Shown in pieces: positions 25,721 to 38,658 of a stretch of DNA of 64,000 nucleotides. Under the pieces are notes generated by a model, which did not search any database, had not been told where the DNA came from, and saw nothing but the letters and a program-made list of their open reading frames with translations. How positions within the stretch are numbered: position 1 is the first letter of the stretch; each line of letters begins with the position of its first letter. The DNA lies in the NCBI RefSeq assembly GCF_006345805.1, contig NW_021832713.1, forward strand, positions 1-64,000. The letters run 5' to 3'. Origin of the DNA: Octopus sinensis (taxonomy: Eukaryota). The position numbers and the translations under genes are program-made.

Positions 25721-26067
25721 TGTATGTATGTATGTATGTATGTATGTATGTATGTATGTATAACATCTAACGAATAAAAGAAACAGTAAAACACCTGAAG
25801 TTCCTGCGTCTGATTGAAAGGGATGGCGATAATGTCACACTTCTGTAGAAGGCATCACACGTATTCAACAATTCCGAGACGACCGAGAATTTTTGCGCAT
25901 CTTTGCATTCTAACGTAGCATTACGGCGATGCTGAAATGATATTATAATATAATCTATTAGAGAATGGATACAAGTAATGTTAGTCGTATTGAACATACG
26001 TATAATCAGGGAAATCATTTATTGGTAGAGTATAGCCATTAAAACTACAACTACTACTACTACTACA

Positions 26068-26121
<54 letters not shown>

Positions 26122-26123
<2 letters not shown>

Positions 26124-26355
26124 CTATTTCTTTATTACCCACAAGGGGCTAAACATAGAAGGGACAAACAAGGACAGTCATAGGTATTAAGTCGATTACA
26201 TCGACCCCAGTGCGTAACTGGTACTTAATTTATCGACCCCGAAAGGATGAAAGGTAAAGTCCCCCTCGGCAGAATTTGAACTCACAACGTAACGGTAGAC
26301 GAAATATCGCAAAGCATTTCGCCCGACGTGCTAACGTTTCTACCAGCTCTCCGCC
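26122..26355 (-). mobile_element. SINE family B monomer inserted in (TAC)n
   Basis: Full head and tail, flanked by tactac repeats. Confidence 0.9.
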
Positions 26356-26609
26356 TACTACCACTACTACCACTACTGCCACCACCACCACCACCATTAC
26401 TACTATTACTACAACTACCACCACAACCACCACTGCTAGTACTAACACTACTACTACCCACTCGGTATTCCGGTTTCTTTGGATGTTGAATACTCTCCTT
26501 GCCTCCCACAGAAGAGCCTGCCCATCACTACGCCGTGTCTGAAGCCTTCCAAGGTTAGAAAGCGGGAGATCACACAGTGCTACTATATGAATTTCTATAA
26601 CACATTTTT

Positions 26610-26820
26610 TCTTGATGAGGAGGCGGACCTATTGTAATATCTCTGTCTGGCTACTGGTTGTATACTCAAAAAACTGTTTGCATATTCTATCGGTAAATAG
26701 TGATGTTGCTATTATTACGTCACTCCGAGTTTCTTGGAACAGCTGTCGAGTTAAGAAATTATGGATGTTCTTCAAATTATTGTGAATTTTTTTCATACCC
26801 TACGTAAATATATTGCAATA
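26610..26820 (+). pseudogene. Decayed XPG/PIN-like nuclease fragment, possibly Academ transposon-derived
   Basis: One frame reads DEEADLL*...HILSVNSDVAII...KKLWMFF, resembling the HEEADT...SxDTDV...LWM pattern. Confidence 0.35.
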
Positions 26821-27218
26821 ATGACAACGTGAAATTCTTTCATCCTCTTGCTCTGAAAAAATATTTGAGAAATATATTAATATATCTTGTCTGTTGAAGA
26901 TCCATATTTTTTTGCAACTGAAGATGGCACTATATTTAAATTGATGTAATACTTGCATTGTTCAATTAAATGGGGCCGCTTGAAACGGTCGTATTGCATT
27001 AATACTTGACATCCTGTTATTTATTTGATTTTATTCACCTTACACATGCACTGTCTCTCTCTTTCTCACACACACACACACGTATATGCATGTATGTATA
27101 TTGCTATAGTTGTATATATATCTGTATATATATATATACACACATACACATACATATATGTATGTATATAGATATATGTATATACGTATATATAAATACA
27201 TGCAAATACTCATATATA

Positions 27219-28835
27219 CAGTTGCGGCCAAATGTTCACGACGGCATTGCTTTCGTCGGAAAAGTAGATATAAGTTTTCATCAAAGTTGTTTTATTTTCT
27301 ATAATTTTCACAGACAATGAATACACTATTAATTGTTATTGTCTGAGATTTTGGTGTAATTTGAGAGGATAATACAAAAGTTATGGATGATTTAGTGATT
27401 TACTGCAAAACCCATGGCGGCCAAAATGATCAGAACGGTTGAAAAAATAACAAAATAATCAAAAATTACAGAGAATACTGGAATTATTTAATATTTAGTG
27501 TGAAGCCCTTTAGCTTCAAATCACACTCTGACATCTTCGACTGCATGAGGAAATTAAATTTTTAATTTCTTGCTGGGTGATCTTATTCCATTCTTCCTGA
27601 AGGGCATTCCATAATTGCTCAGTTGTTTTAGGATTTCTAGCTTTCGAATGTTCTCCTAGAATATTCCATACATTTTCAATAGGATTGAGATCTGGGCTTT
27701 GAGCAGGCCAATCCCATAACAATAACCTTTTCAGCCTTGCGGAAGTTCTTGACCACCTTAGCCTTGTGACATGGGGCATTGTCCTGCATGAATATGGGTG
27801 GTCGCTTAGTTGAATTTCTCAGCACAGGCAAGACATGATCTTTTACAAGTTGTTTATAAACTCCTGCATTTACCTTTCCATGTAATCGCACCAAAGGGCC
27901 CACACCATCTCCAGATATCATCCCCCAAACCATGACACTTCCTCCACCGAATTTAGCACTAGTCTTAAGGCATTTAGGCGACCATTTTTCACCTACTTTT
28001 CTACTTTTCCCATCTGAGCCAAATAACATAAACTTAGATTCATCACTGAAATACACCGTTTGCCATTTTTCTTGAGACCACAACACATGTTCGGTCAAAG
28101 GTAAGACGACACTTTTTATTCTTGGAGCTGATCAGTGGCTTCACTGCAGGTGCTCTTGCTTGTAGATCATGTTCAACTAAACGACGAGACAGTTTTTCGA
28201 GATAAAGTTTTCCTCAATGCAATGCTCATTTCCCGAGAAACAGCAGCAGTAGTTTTAAATCTGTCCTTTTTAACCAACTTTACCATAGCACGATCTTCTC
28301 TCTTGGTCGTTTTTCTTGGCCTACCTGTAAACTTTCTTGCTTCACAAGAACCACAATCATCGTAGACCTTAAGAATACCGTGTACAACACTTTTTGACTT
28401 GTTAACAATCTTTGCAATAGATCCAATACTTAAAATATCTTTCCTTCGAAGCTTAATAATCTGCTGACGAATTGGTAACGGAGTAAGTGGCATTATATTA
28501 ACAAAGTACACTGCAAATATTCTTACTAATGTTTAGTAAACGAACCGTCACGTAAACAAATTCAAAACATTAGAGTTCGCCGGTTAAATATACTAAAACA
28601 CGGAGTAAAAGCAACCGTTCTGATCATTTGGGCCGCCATGGGTTTTGCAGTAAATCATTAAATCATCCTTAACTTTTGTATTATCCTCTCAAATTACACC
28701 CAAATCTCAGGCAGTAACAAATGATATTGTATTTATTGTCTGTGAAAATTATAGAATATAAAACAACTTTGATAAAAAATTATATCTACTTTTCTGACGA
28801 AAACAATGCCGTTCTGAACATTTTGACCGCCACTG
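27219..28835 (-). mobile_element. Full-length Tc1-family transposon with about 223-bp IR/DR terminal repeats and TA TSD
   Basis: TIRs 27219-27441 and 28612-28835; outer and inner direct repeats ggcgg(c/t)caaaatg(a/t)tcagaacgg; TA on both flanks. Confidence 0.95.
27488..28493 (-). pseudogene. Frameshifted Tc1 DD34E transposase
   Basis: GRPRKTT, FSDESKF, VMVWG, FMQDNAPCH, WPAQSPDLNPIENVW over three ORFs; 34 residues between the second D and E. Confidence 0.95.
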
Positions 28836-28882
28836 TATATATATGTGTGTGTGTGTACATGTGTATGTGTGTATATATGTAA

Positions 28883-28924
<42 letters not shown>

Positions 28925-29702
28925 ACACACACACACACATATATACATATATATACATGTATATATGTATATATAAATACAATGTATATACACACGCATA
29001 TATACACAAACATCATATATATATATATATGAATAAATAAGCGTGTGTATATACGGAATTGTATACATATATACACGAGCACACTCCCACATTTACATAA
29101 TATACAACAATTACATAATATACTGAATGACCTTATCATAATAACCACACTGACGCAACTATAAATTTGACGTGTGCTTAAGCAATTTCTTTTGTACCGA
29201 CAAACTTCTAAATTGTTTAACAATCGAAATTCTCCATTTAAACTAGTTGTCTTTCAATTAGCTGTAGTTCTGTAAGAATTAAGCAATCGTTTGCAGGCAA
29301 TTAAGTCAGACATTAACATGGTTAGACGATTTATATTCCAATAAGAGAACATCGACCTTCAACAAGTAGCAACAAAGTTTACGTCGAAAACAACGATTTG
29401 ATGTCAAAACAAAATAGATATTGGAGAATGTAGTTCCACATAGAGTTTAATATGAAATGATGTTAATATGGTTGAAGTATTCTGTTTAGAGGCCTGCATG
29501 AACAGAGCAGATGTTGGCCTAAAAAATAATAATTTCTGTAAGAAATCCGAGACAGCGTATTTGTTGCTAATCATAAAGGTTGTTTTGCTTGCTCGCGTGT
29601 TCGGTAGCACACGCGTAGGTACGCGTGCAGGCACGAGCAGAAATACACACACGACCATGTTGCATGTATGTGTATATTTGTGTGTGTGTGTGTGTATATA
29701 TA

Positions 29703-30067
29703 CAGGATGTCCCAAAAGTAACTGACGGTTTTCAATTTTTAATATCTTCCTTAACTTTACAAATGAATGCATGAAATTTTGATACGATATAAAGGGCATT
29801 ATGAAAATTAATATGCACCAGGCAATTTTTTACAATAGTACTGCATCACATATAAAAAAATGAATTCACTTAAAAGGCTTCCACTTTCAGCTTCGCACAG
29901 CCGTGCTCTTTCAAAAACTTGCACCATAACACTCTCAAGAGTTTCAGACCTCACTTCCCTTATTTATCTCTTGATGTTCTCCTTCACATGTACCAGGGTC
30001 TCCGATTTGTTGACGTAAACCCCTCCCTTTCAGGTATCCCCACAAGAAAAAGTCCAGGCTAGTCAAG
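29703..30067 (-). mobile_element. rosa/DD41D mariner 3' end
   Basis: Minus strand LTSLDFFLWGYLKG...VYVNKSETL; TIR caggatgtcccaaaa after TA. Confidence 0.8.
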
Positions 30068-30068
30068 T

Positions 30069-30582
30069 ATGGAGAACGTGAAAGCCATTGGGATTCAAGC
30101 CTCTTTTCCTTATCTCCCCAAAGACATACATCATCTCGAAAGAGCCCAGAAGCCGGCTACCCGCATGGTTCTTGGTCTCAAGAATTTGTCTTATGAAGAA
30201 AGGCTGAAGACGCTCGACCTTTATTCTCTAGAAAGACGACGACGCTGCGGTGATCTCATTCTTGCTCACAACATCATAAGCGGAAAGTGTAACCTCTCGA
30301 AATAGCTGTTCTTCACTCCTGCTCCAGAGCGTCGGCTGCGGGGTCAGTCCGAAAAGCTCTATCTGCGACGATTTCATCTCAATCGAAGGAGAGGGGTTGC
30401 AGATCCGTGGATTAAGCTGCCGGACGAGATAGTCAAGATGCTGACGACCGCCCGGTTCAAAGTCTCCCTTGATCACAAGTGGCCTGAACTCTTTACATGA
30501 ACATCACCCTGTACATAACTCCATGTCCCCCTACATGACCTTGCTTTTTGCTTTTTGAGCCAAAAAATTAACTAACTAACTA
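30069..30582 (+). mobile_element. CR1/L2-group LINE 3' fragment, (CTAA)n tail
   Basis: KDIHHLERAQKPATRMVLGLKNLSYEERLKTLDLYSLERRR.GDLI; same family as 57918-58148. Confidence 0.9.
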
Positions 30583-30584
30583 AA

Positions 30585-30980
30585 GTAGACCTAACACATG
30601 ATTCCAGCAAGATGGGCAACTGCTCATACTGCAAGAGAAACAATGCAGTTGCTATGGCAGTGCTTTGCAGAGAGAATGATCTCTCGCTACGGCAATGTCA
30701 ACTGGGCTTCAGGTTCCCCAGACGTGACTAGTTCGGGTTTGCGAAATCAGAGAAATGAGGTCTGAAACAGCTGAAAGTGTTATGGTGCAAATCTTGAAAA
30801 GGGCACGGGAGTGCGAAGCCGAAAATGGCTGCCATTTAAGTGATGCCATTTTTCGTATGTGATGTAGAAGTGATGCAAAATGTGACTTGTGTATATTAAT
30901 TATCAATATGTCCTTTATATTGTATCAACATTTCATGCATTTATTTGTCAAGTTAAGGAAGTTAGTAAACATTTTGGGAC

Positions 30981-30986
<6 letters not shown>
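30585..30986 (+). mobile_element. rosa/DD41D mariner 3' portion with internal deletion
   Basis: FQQDG(A)TAHTARETMQLL..FAERMISRYGNVNWASGSPDVTSS gives 41 residues after the second D; then ECEAENGCHLSD; TIR ttttgggacaccct+TA. Confidence 0.85.
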
Positions 30987-31012
<26 letters not shown>

Positions 31013-31016
<4 letters not shown>

Positions 31017-31281
31017 CAACAATTGAGGGTAAAATTAATTAATTAATCAATTTCACCAAGTATTCAGTATGCAAAGGGAGCATTTAAGGCGAATTCAAAT
31101 TATTACATTATATAAAAGGGCTTAGTAAAATAAATTACTTTGCCGCATACTGAACTCATTAGAAATAGCAGCTAAAAAAACTTTTTAAAACTATAGTTTT
31201 AAAAAAGTTTTTTTAGCTGCTATTTCTAATGAGTTCAGTATGCGGCAAAGTAATTTATTTTACTAAGCCCTTTTATATAAT
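31013..31281 (-). mobile_element. Spacer-less 175-bp palindrome plus extension, in (TA)n; probable Penelope-like foldback terminus
   Basis: Arms 31107-31193 and 31194-31281 are identical except for one homopolymer indel; centre aaaactatagtttt. Confidence 0.6.
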
Positions 31282-31288
31282 ATATATA

Positions 31289-31344
<56 letters not shown>

Positions 31345-31420
31345 TGTGTGTGTGTCTATGTGATGCAAACAGGAAAAATAGAACTCAAAATTCGAGTATA
31401 TGCATATTTTTTATCAATAT

Positions 31421-31512
31421 TTAGTAGAAGCAACAGAGTGACTCAAGATTCGAGAGTTTAAGTGCAAACACACGAACTCATGGCCCTTGAGTCACTCTGT
31501 TGCTTCTGCTAA
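31421..31512. repeat. Inverted repeat, 27-bp arms, with hammerhead 3'-half-like motif
   Basis: ttagtagaagcaacagagtgactcaag / cttgagtcactctgttgcttctgctaa. Confidence 0.7.
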
Positions 31513-31837
31513 GTAAATATCAATACACACACACACACAGACATAAACACTATTTTAGACGCTTCACTGTATAACAGAAATTGCTTAAGCGCAAGACACA
31601 TAAATACATACGTCAATATGATTAACAGGATTATTTCATCTTTTCAGTTTCTGGTGTGTTATGTAATTCTGACTGAAAGGTGTATACATGCTTATATGTG
31701 CGTGCATGAGTGTGTATGTGTGTGTGTGAGTGAGAGAGAGAGACACACAGACAGAGACAGCGTGTGTGCTTGAATAAGCATGTACATTTATATATATGTG
31801 TGGATACCAATGCATGAATATAAATATATATATATAC

Positions 31838-32238
31838 ACTCTTTTACTTGTTTCAGCCATTTGACTGCGGCCATGCTGGAGCACCGCCTTTTTAGTCGAG
31901 CAAATCGACCCCGGGACTTATTCTTTGTAAGCCCAGTACTTATTCTATCGGTCTCTTTTGCCGAACCGCTAGGTGACGGGGACGTAAACACACCAGCATC
32001 ATTTGTCAAGCAATGCTAGGGGGACAAACACAGAAACAAACATATACACACACACTTATATAATATACATATATACGACAGGCTTCTTTCAGTTTCCGCC
32101 TACCAAATCCACTCACAAGGCATTGGTCGGCCCGGGGCTATAGCAGAAGACACTTGCCCAAGATGCCATACAGTGGGACTGAAACCGGAACCATGTGGTT
32201 GGTTAGCAAGCTACTTACCACACAGCCACTCCTGCGCC
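31838..32238 (-). mobile_element. SINE family A, full length
   Basis: Reverse complement of the complete family A sequence. Confidence 0.92.
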
Positions 32239-32484
32239 TATATATATATATATATATGCATAACACAGCATAAATCTCTAGAAGTGAAATAAATCTAAAT
32301 GTTACAACGCCTGTCTGTCGTTAAAGTAAGAATTGTGTAAGCATATTCATGCTTTGCTTTTGATGTGCATTAGGAGACGCGAGTCTCCTGTTGAACCGTT
32401 CTATGATGTTCTACTCACTCTTTAGAATGTTTTAACACTGTGTCAATCTATCTCTCACTGAATGTGCATGTCTGTCTGTCTGTA

Positions 32485-32547
<63 letters not shown>

Positions 32548-32565
32548 ATCTATCTGATAGATAGA

Positions 32566-33655
32566 TAGCACTGCCAGGCCAGGGATCTCTGGAAGTGTCC
32601 ATGGGCCCTGCCCGAAAGTCGTCCCGAACAGGCGGGTCAGGTACTCCTCGTCGACGTCCAGAGCTCGGGCGAACCTGGACGTCGACGAGGAGTACCTGAC
32701 CCGCTGTTCGGGACGACTTTCGGGCCAGGGCCCATGGACAACTTCCAGAGATCCCTGGCCTGGCAGTGCTACCGAGAAGCGCTACCCGTTCGGGATAAGC
32801 TCTACAGACACGGCTCGAGAAACACGGGGCCGACCTGCCCGAGATGCGGTCAGAGCGACGAAACCGTTCTGCACGCACTCGTTCAGTGTCCAACAATTTC
32901 CGACCTGGGGCTTATGTCGAACAACTGCTGTCACGTGTGGACGAGTCGGTTATCAGCTGAGTCTATCGTCAAATTGTCACGCCTCCTCCTTCAAACGGGA
33001 AGGAAGAGCTATTTCATCATCCTTGTGGCTATGGCGAAAGAATGTATCTGGTGGACGCGTCTGAAAGGATGGAGACAAACACTTTCCTCTCTGGTCATCT
33101 CTCATCAACTTCTTCAAGTACCACTTGAAAAGGAAAGTGAGAGTAGAGAGGCAAGTTTGTCTAGCGAATGTTTTAAAAAAAGATGGGTGAATGTAGCAAG
33201 AATGGCACGTATGAATGACGAAGCCACCTTGAGCATAGTCCTATGAACCCAGAAATCGAAAACAGAGAGTTGCTTATTTGAAAAAAAAAAAAAAAAAAAA
33301 AGAAATATAAAATGTGACTTCATTGACCGAGGTTACCGTGGTCTTTTCCGCAGGCTTTTCTTTCCACGGGTAAACTCACCTGTCCTCCCCTTTACACTTC
33401 ATATTGACATTTCTGTGATAACGATCCCTATTGATCATTTTTTCCTCTCCCCCCCCCCCCCCTTTTTTTTTTTATTTTTTATTTTTATTTTTTTTTTAAC
33501 CCCCCTTATTTTTGTCCTCTTTCTCTCCTTTTACGATCCCTTTTGATCGAACCTCCCCCTCCTTTTTTTTTTTTTTTTTAATACCTTCAAAAGAAAAGCT
33601 CTACCTTGTAATTTGTTCTATCTGTGTGCAGCCCTGTGTGGCTAATAAAGAAACA
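32566..33655 (+). mobile_element. Tx1/L1-group LINE 3' fragment in (TATC)n with 5' inverted duplication
   Basis: ORF 32734-33246 has W..YREALPV and the CPRC-x5-ETVLHALVQC CCHC knuckle; pyrimidine-rich 3' UTR, AATAAA, (TATC)n on both flanks. Confidence 0.85.
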
Positions 33656-33692
<37 letters not shown>

Positions 33693-33737
33693 GTCTGTCT
33701 GTCTGTCTGTCCGTCTGTCCATCTGTCCGTCTGTCTG

Positions 33738-33802
<65 letters not shown>

Positions 33803-33849
33803 ATGTCTGTCTGTCTGTCTGTCCGTCTGTCCATCTGTCCGTCTGTCTG

Positions 33850-33930
<81 letters not shown>

Positions 33931-33935
33931 CTATC

Positions 33936-33986
<51 letters not shown>

Positions 33987-34015
33987 TATATATAATATAT
34001 AATATATATATATAT

Positions 34016-34450
34016 ATTACAAATTGAGATAGGGGTTGTAAATGCAACCCTCCATGGGATAACATATATCCAATATACTGCCAGTGAAGTACCCAACAAA
34101 GTTAATACATAAATGTTAAGAATTGCGATGCAATGTAAATGTCTCATTTATAACTAAATATTGACCTACCATAAATGGCTAATATAAGTAAAATGAGACA
34201 TACTTATCTACATGGCCGAAACAGCTGTAAGATGTAGTCTATATTTATATTTATATGTACTTATATTTACATTTCCTTATACATATTCTACTCATTGTAT
34301 AACATTACTCTTTTATGTACACTGTTTTGTTCTACATTATTATGTTTAACCTTATAGTTTCTTATGTGGTGGTTTAATAAAGTATGTGATTGAGTATTAT
34401 CTGGTAATTGACATTTGATTTCGATGTATTTCTCCATTTTCTTATTTTGT
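34016..34450. mobile_element. Head-to-head Penelope-like termini in (TA)n with hammerhead 3' half GAAAC-AGCT-GUA
   Basis: Motif at 34218-34229; short IR at 34139-34150 / 34189-34201; (TA)n flanks. Confidence 0.4.
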
Positions 34451-34469
34451 ATATATATATATATATATA

Positions 34470-34538
<69 letters not shown>

Positions 34539-34539
34539 T

Positions 34540-34643
34540 TTGTTGAAATTTACAGAAAAGCAGAAGACGAAGACAGACGTATAAACAACAAGCAGGTGTA
34601 TTAGTTTGACACTCGGGAAGGTGAGAAAGTCTTTTACATTTAC
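34540..34643 (-). mobile_element. Solo 3' terminus of the Penelope family at 38659
   Basis: Closely matches 38659-38757; truncated at the hammerhead AAA(T)GUA. Confidence 0.8.
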
Positions 34644-34703
34644 ATATATTCAAATATAAATTCATACACACACACATACACACACACACACACATATATA
34701 TAT

Positions 34704-34748
<45 letters not shown>

Positions 34749-34934
34749 GTATATATATGTATACATATATATATATGTATATATATGTATACATATATAT
34801 ATGTATATACAAATATGTGCGCACACACACACGCACGCACACAGGCACACGCACACACACACACACACGCACACAGGCACACGCACACACACACACATAC
34901 ACACTGACACACACACGGACGCACCCACCCATCC

Positions 34935-34976
<42 letters not shown>

Positions 34977-35079
34977 AGACTGCTGTGAAGGCTGCAGTGT
35001 AACCCTTTCGTATGATTCTAACTTCAAGATTTATCACATTTTGGGCAATAGAATACTGCAGTCTTCGTTATACACTTTC

Positions 35080-35490
35080 ACTCTCTTTTACTTGTTTCAG
35101 TCATTTGACTGTGGCCATGCTGGAGCACCGCCTTTAGTCGAGAAAATCGACACCAGGACTTATTCTTTGTAAGCCTTATACTTATTCTATCGGTTTCTTT
35201 TGTCGAACCGCTAAGTTACGGGGACGTAAACACACCACCATGGGGCGTCAAGCGATGTTGGGGGCGGGGACAAACCCAGACACACAAACATATATACACA
35301 CTTTCAATAAATATATATACATATATACGACGGGATTCTTTCAGTTTCCATCTACCAAGTCCACTCACAAATCTTTGGTCGGCCCAAGGTTATAGTAGAA
35401 GACTCTTGCCCGAGGTGCAACGCAGTGGGACTGAATCCGGAATCATGTAGTTGGTAAGAAAGGTATTTACCACACCCTTACTCCTGCGCT
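35080..35490 (-). mobile_element. SINE family A
   Basis: Reverse complement of the family A sequence. Confidence 0.9.
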
Positions 35491-35499
35491 TATTATGAA

Positions 35500-35884
35500 T
35501 ACTCTTTTTACTCTTTTACTTGTTTCAGTCATTTGACTGCGGCCATGCTGGAGCACCGCCTTTAGTCGAGCAACTCGACCCCGGGATTTATTCTTTTGTA
35601 AGCCCAGTACTTATTCTATCGGTCTGTTTTGCCGAACCGCTAAGTGACGGGGACATAAACACTAGGGGACAAATACAGACACACAAACACACACACGCAT
35701 ATATATATATATACATATATATGACGGGCTTCTTTCAGTTTCCGTCTACCAAATCCACTCACAAGGCTTTGGTCGGCCCGAGGCTATAGTAGAAGACACT
35801 TGCCCAAGGTGCCACGCAGTGGGACTGAACCCGGAACCATGTGGTTGGTTAGCAAGCTACTTACCACACAGCCACTCCTGCGTC
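35500..35884 (-). mobile_element. SINE family A with small internal deletion, tandem to the previous copy
   Basis: Reverse complement of the family A sequence. Confidence 0.9.
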
Positions 35885-37143
35885 TATGTTTTATTTACTT
35901 GGGCTTTCCCATGTAATTTTGTTTTTTTTGTGGCATGATGTTGTCCCTTTTAATTGCTCAGTGTTTGGTTCTGCAAGGTGACCAGACGAGACAGCCTCGT
36001 CCAGTTTAGAAATTGATGTCATAACGATTATACATTTTAACTAATCGTTTATAATATTACCTAATTAGCCCTCTATGTTTAATTTCCAACAGTAGATTTC
36101 TAAATCTATTTGTCCATTAACGTTTTGAGACATTCTTGGTCTCATTATTAGAACGAAATGAAGGTTTTAGCAGTGTTTTTTAGTTCGTACGCTATTCAGT
36201 AAACCGCTAATGATTGTGCGCATCTCACAAATTCTCCGACACTACGTTGAAAAATTATGCAGCTCTCAAGATCTGATATATCTCCTGACTTATTTTACTG
36301 TGATTTATCTTTTGATTTTTGGTCTGCATTTTGTTGTTTGTACGCCTTTCATTTCTCTCTCTTCGTGGGGGCATACATAAATGCGTCACTAATCATTGAT
36401 TTCGACACCAGTTGCAAATATTCGTGATTATTGTCAGGAAAGATGCAGCAGCGATTTCTCGTTTCCCCTCAGCTTATTTACTTACAGTTCATTCTGCTAG
36501 ACTCCTATTCTCTCGATTTGTCACTTAAAGCACAAACTTCGAGATAGGTCATGAAACATTAGAGCGTATCCACACAGATAACTCGTGTGGTGGGTTCCTC
36601 CTTTTAAATCCTGTTTGCCTTAACGACAAGGCAATCCTCTGTAGTGCAGCCATAACAGTGTTTCCATGATACTATTCGACTTACTTTATAACGCAGAATA
36701 TCCCATCATTATCATGATCGCCTTTATTACGATCAAAAGCGGCGAGCTGGTAGAATTGTTACGCTGATTTCATGTTCTGTTTAAATTGCCTTCCATCCCT
36801 TCGGGGTTGAAAATATAAATACTTTCGAACCTTGTTATTGATTAGCCTCCTCTCTCAAAATCTCAGGTTTATACCTGTAGTAGGAAGAACTGTTAAGATC
36901 AAGTCGTTCCAATAAATGTCAAATATCTATAGACTAATAGATTTAGAAACGCTGTTGTGTGAGATTAAGTATACAGCAATAGTCAGAAACTCTGCAAAAT
37001 ATCTAATACACAAAACTAAACTCGACTATAGTCGTGTCTTTAATATAGCACATTCAGATAAATTGCTCTTTCATATTTACATACACACACATACACTCAG
37101 CTAATGTACGTCAATTTATATGTGTATGTGTGTGTGTGTGTGT

Positions 37144-37189
<46 letters not shown>

Positions 37190-37410
37190 CAGACAGGGAG
37201 GGAGAGAGACAGACAGGGAGGGAGAGAGACAGACAGGGAGGGAGAGAGGGAGAGAGACCATGAGAGAGAGAAACAGACAGACATACAGAGAAATAGACAG
37301 GAAGATGAGCTTTTCGATCAAATATATACTTCAGTGTACAAGGAAGGAGCCTGCTGACTTTCATAGTTGACGAAAGGTCTGATCGAATGAGACCGCGGAG
37401 TGGATGTGTA

Positions 37411-37633
37411 AGCTGGCAGTAACGTTAGCGCGCCGGGCGAAATGCTTAGCGGTATTTCGTCTGCGTTACGTTGTGAGTTCAAATTCCGCCGAGGTCGACT
37501 TTGTCTTTCATCCTTTCGGGGTCGATAAATTAAGTACCAGTTACCCACTGGGGTCGATGTAATCGACTTAATCCCTTTGTCTGTCATTGTTTGTCCCCTC
37601 TATGTTTAGCCCCTTGTGGGTAGTAAAGAAATA
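37411..37633 (+). mobile_element. SINE family B monomer
   Basis: agctggcag..gttagc head, gagttcaaattcc B box, gtcgactttgtctttcatcctttcggggtcgataaattaagtaccag Nin/Deu-like domain. Confidence 0.9.
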
Positions 37634-38658
37634 AATATTTCTCTACATACATTACGATGTATTTTCTATTGTCCAGGCAATTGATGGAGTGGATTAAGGC
37701 GACACTGTGTAAGGAAAATTATTCCATAAACTTTGATATATGATTGCTCAACAACATATTGAGATTTGAATAGTTGCCGAAATAATCCGTTCCATAACAT
37801 ATTACAATTTCATTAATCTGTTATTATGTGCAGAAACGCAATATTTCCATCTATTGAGTATTATGTGCATGATGTATTCAACTTTTTAGTACCATATGCA
37901 AACATACACGTGAGCTTGTAAAGGGAATCTTGTAGAAGAATTCTTACTGCTGATAAATAAGTGAATGTTTTCCATAAAATATGCGACCATCATTAGAGGG
38001 TGGTCTCATATTTAAGATATTCTTAAAGTAAGAAATACAATGCGCTATTCAGTTGCAAGTTGGAAATTCCTCAGTCGGCAGTCATAGAATCGCTTGCACA
38101 AATTGGCCATTTCAGAATCTTTCGCTTCAAACCGATAACGCATGCTAGCATCAGAATATTATGCTTCTCGAAGAAACAGATTCCATCTTCTGGAATTGTT
38201 ACTAAAAAGTGATGACAATGCTCTATAAAGAACCAATTCTGACTGCTAATTTTACCCTTCTTGAACTTCCAGATATGTTTGTAAAGCAGTGTAGCAAACC
38301 AGAAAGGAGAAAGCTTATTCGAAGACTACAGATTAAAGCCATAACTGGAACTGTAAAAATCTGTAAAACTTTCAGAAGTTTATCATTGAAATATATATGA
38401 GCATGTCTAGACATGCAACTATATATGTGAAAATACTTACAGAAAACAAAACATAAAAATCTGCACGTATACAGACATACGCTGTTGATATTGTTGAAAT
38501 TCCAGTGAAGAGGAGCCTGCCATTTAGGTTAGATACCAGCTCTTTTTTTATGGGTTAGAAATCTTGAAATAAAACTGAGTAATGACATACATACAGGCAT
38601 ACATGCATTTACTCACAAACTGTACACATACACACATACACGCACACACATATATATA

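Noticed and set aside
25796-25931. Possible minus-strand exon HRRNATLECKDAQKF after tttcag
   Set aside because: Weak donor and no recognisable homology
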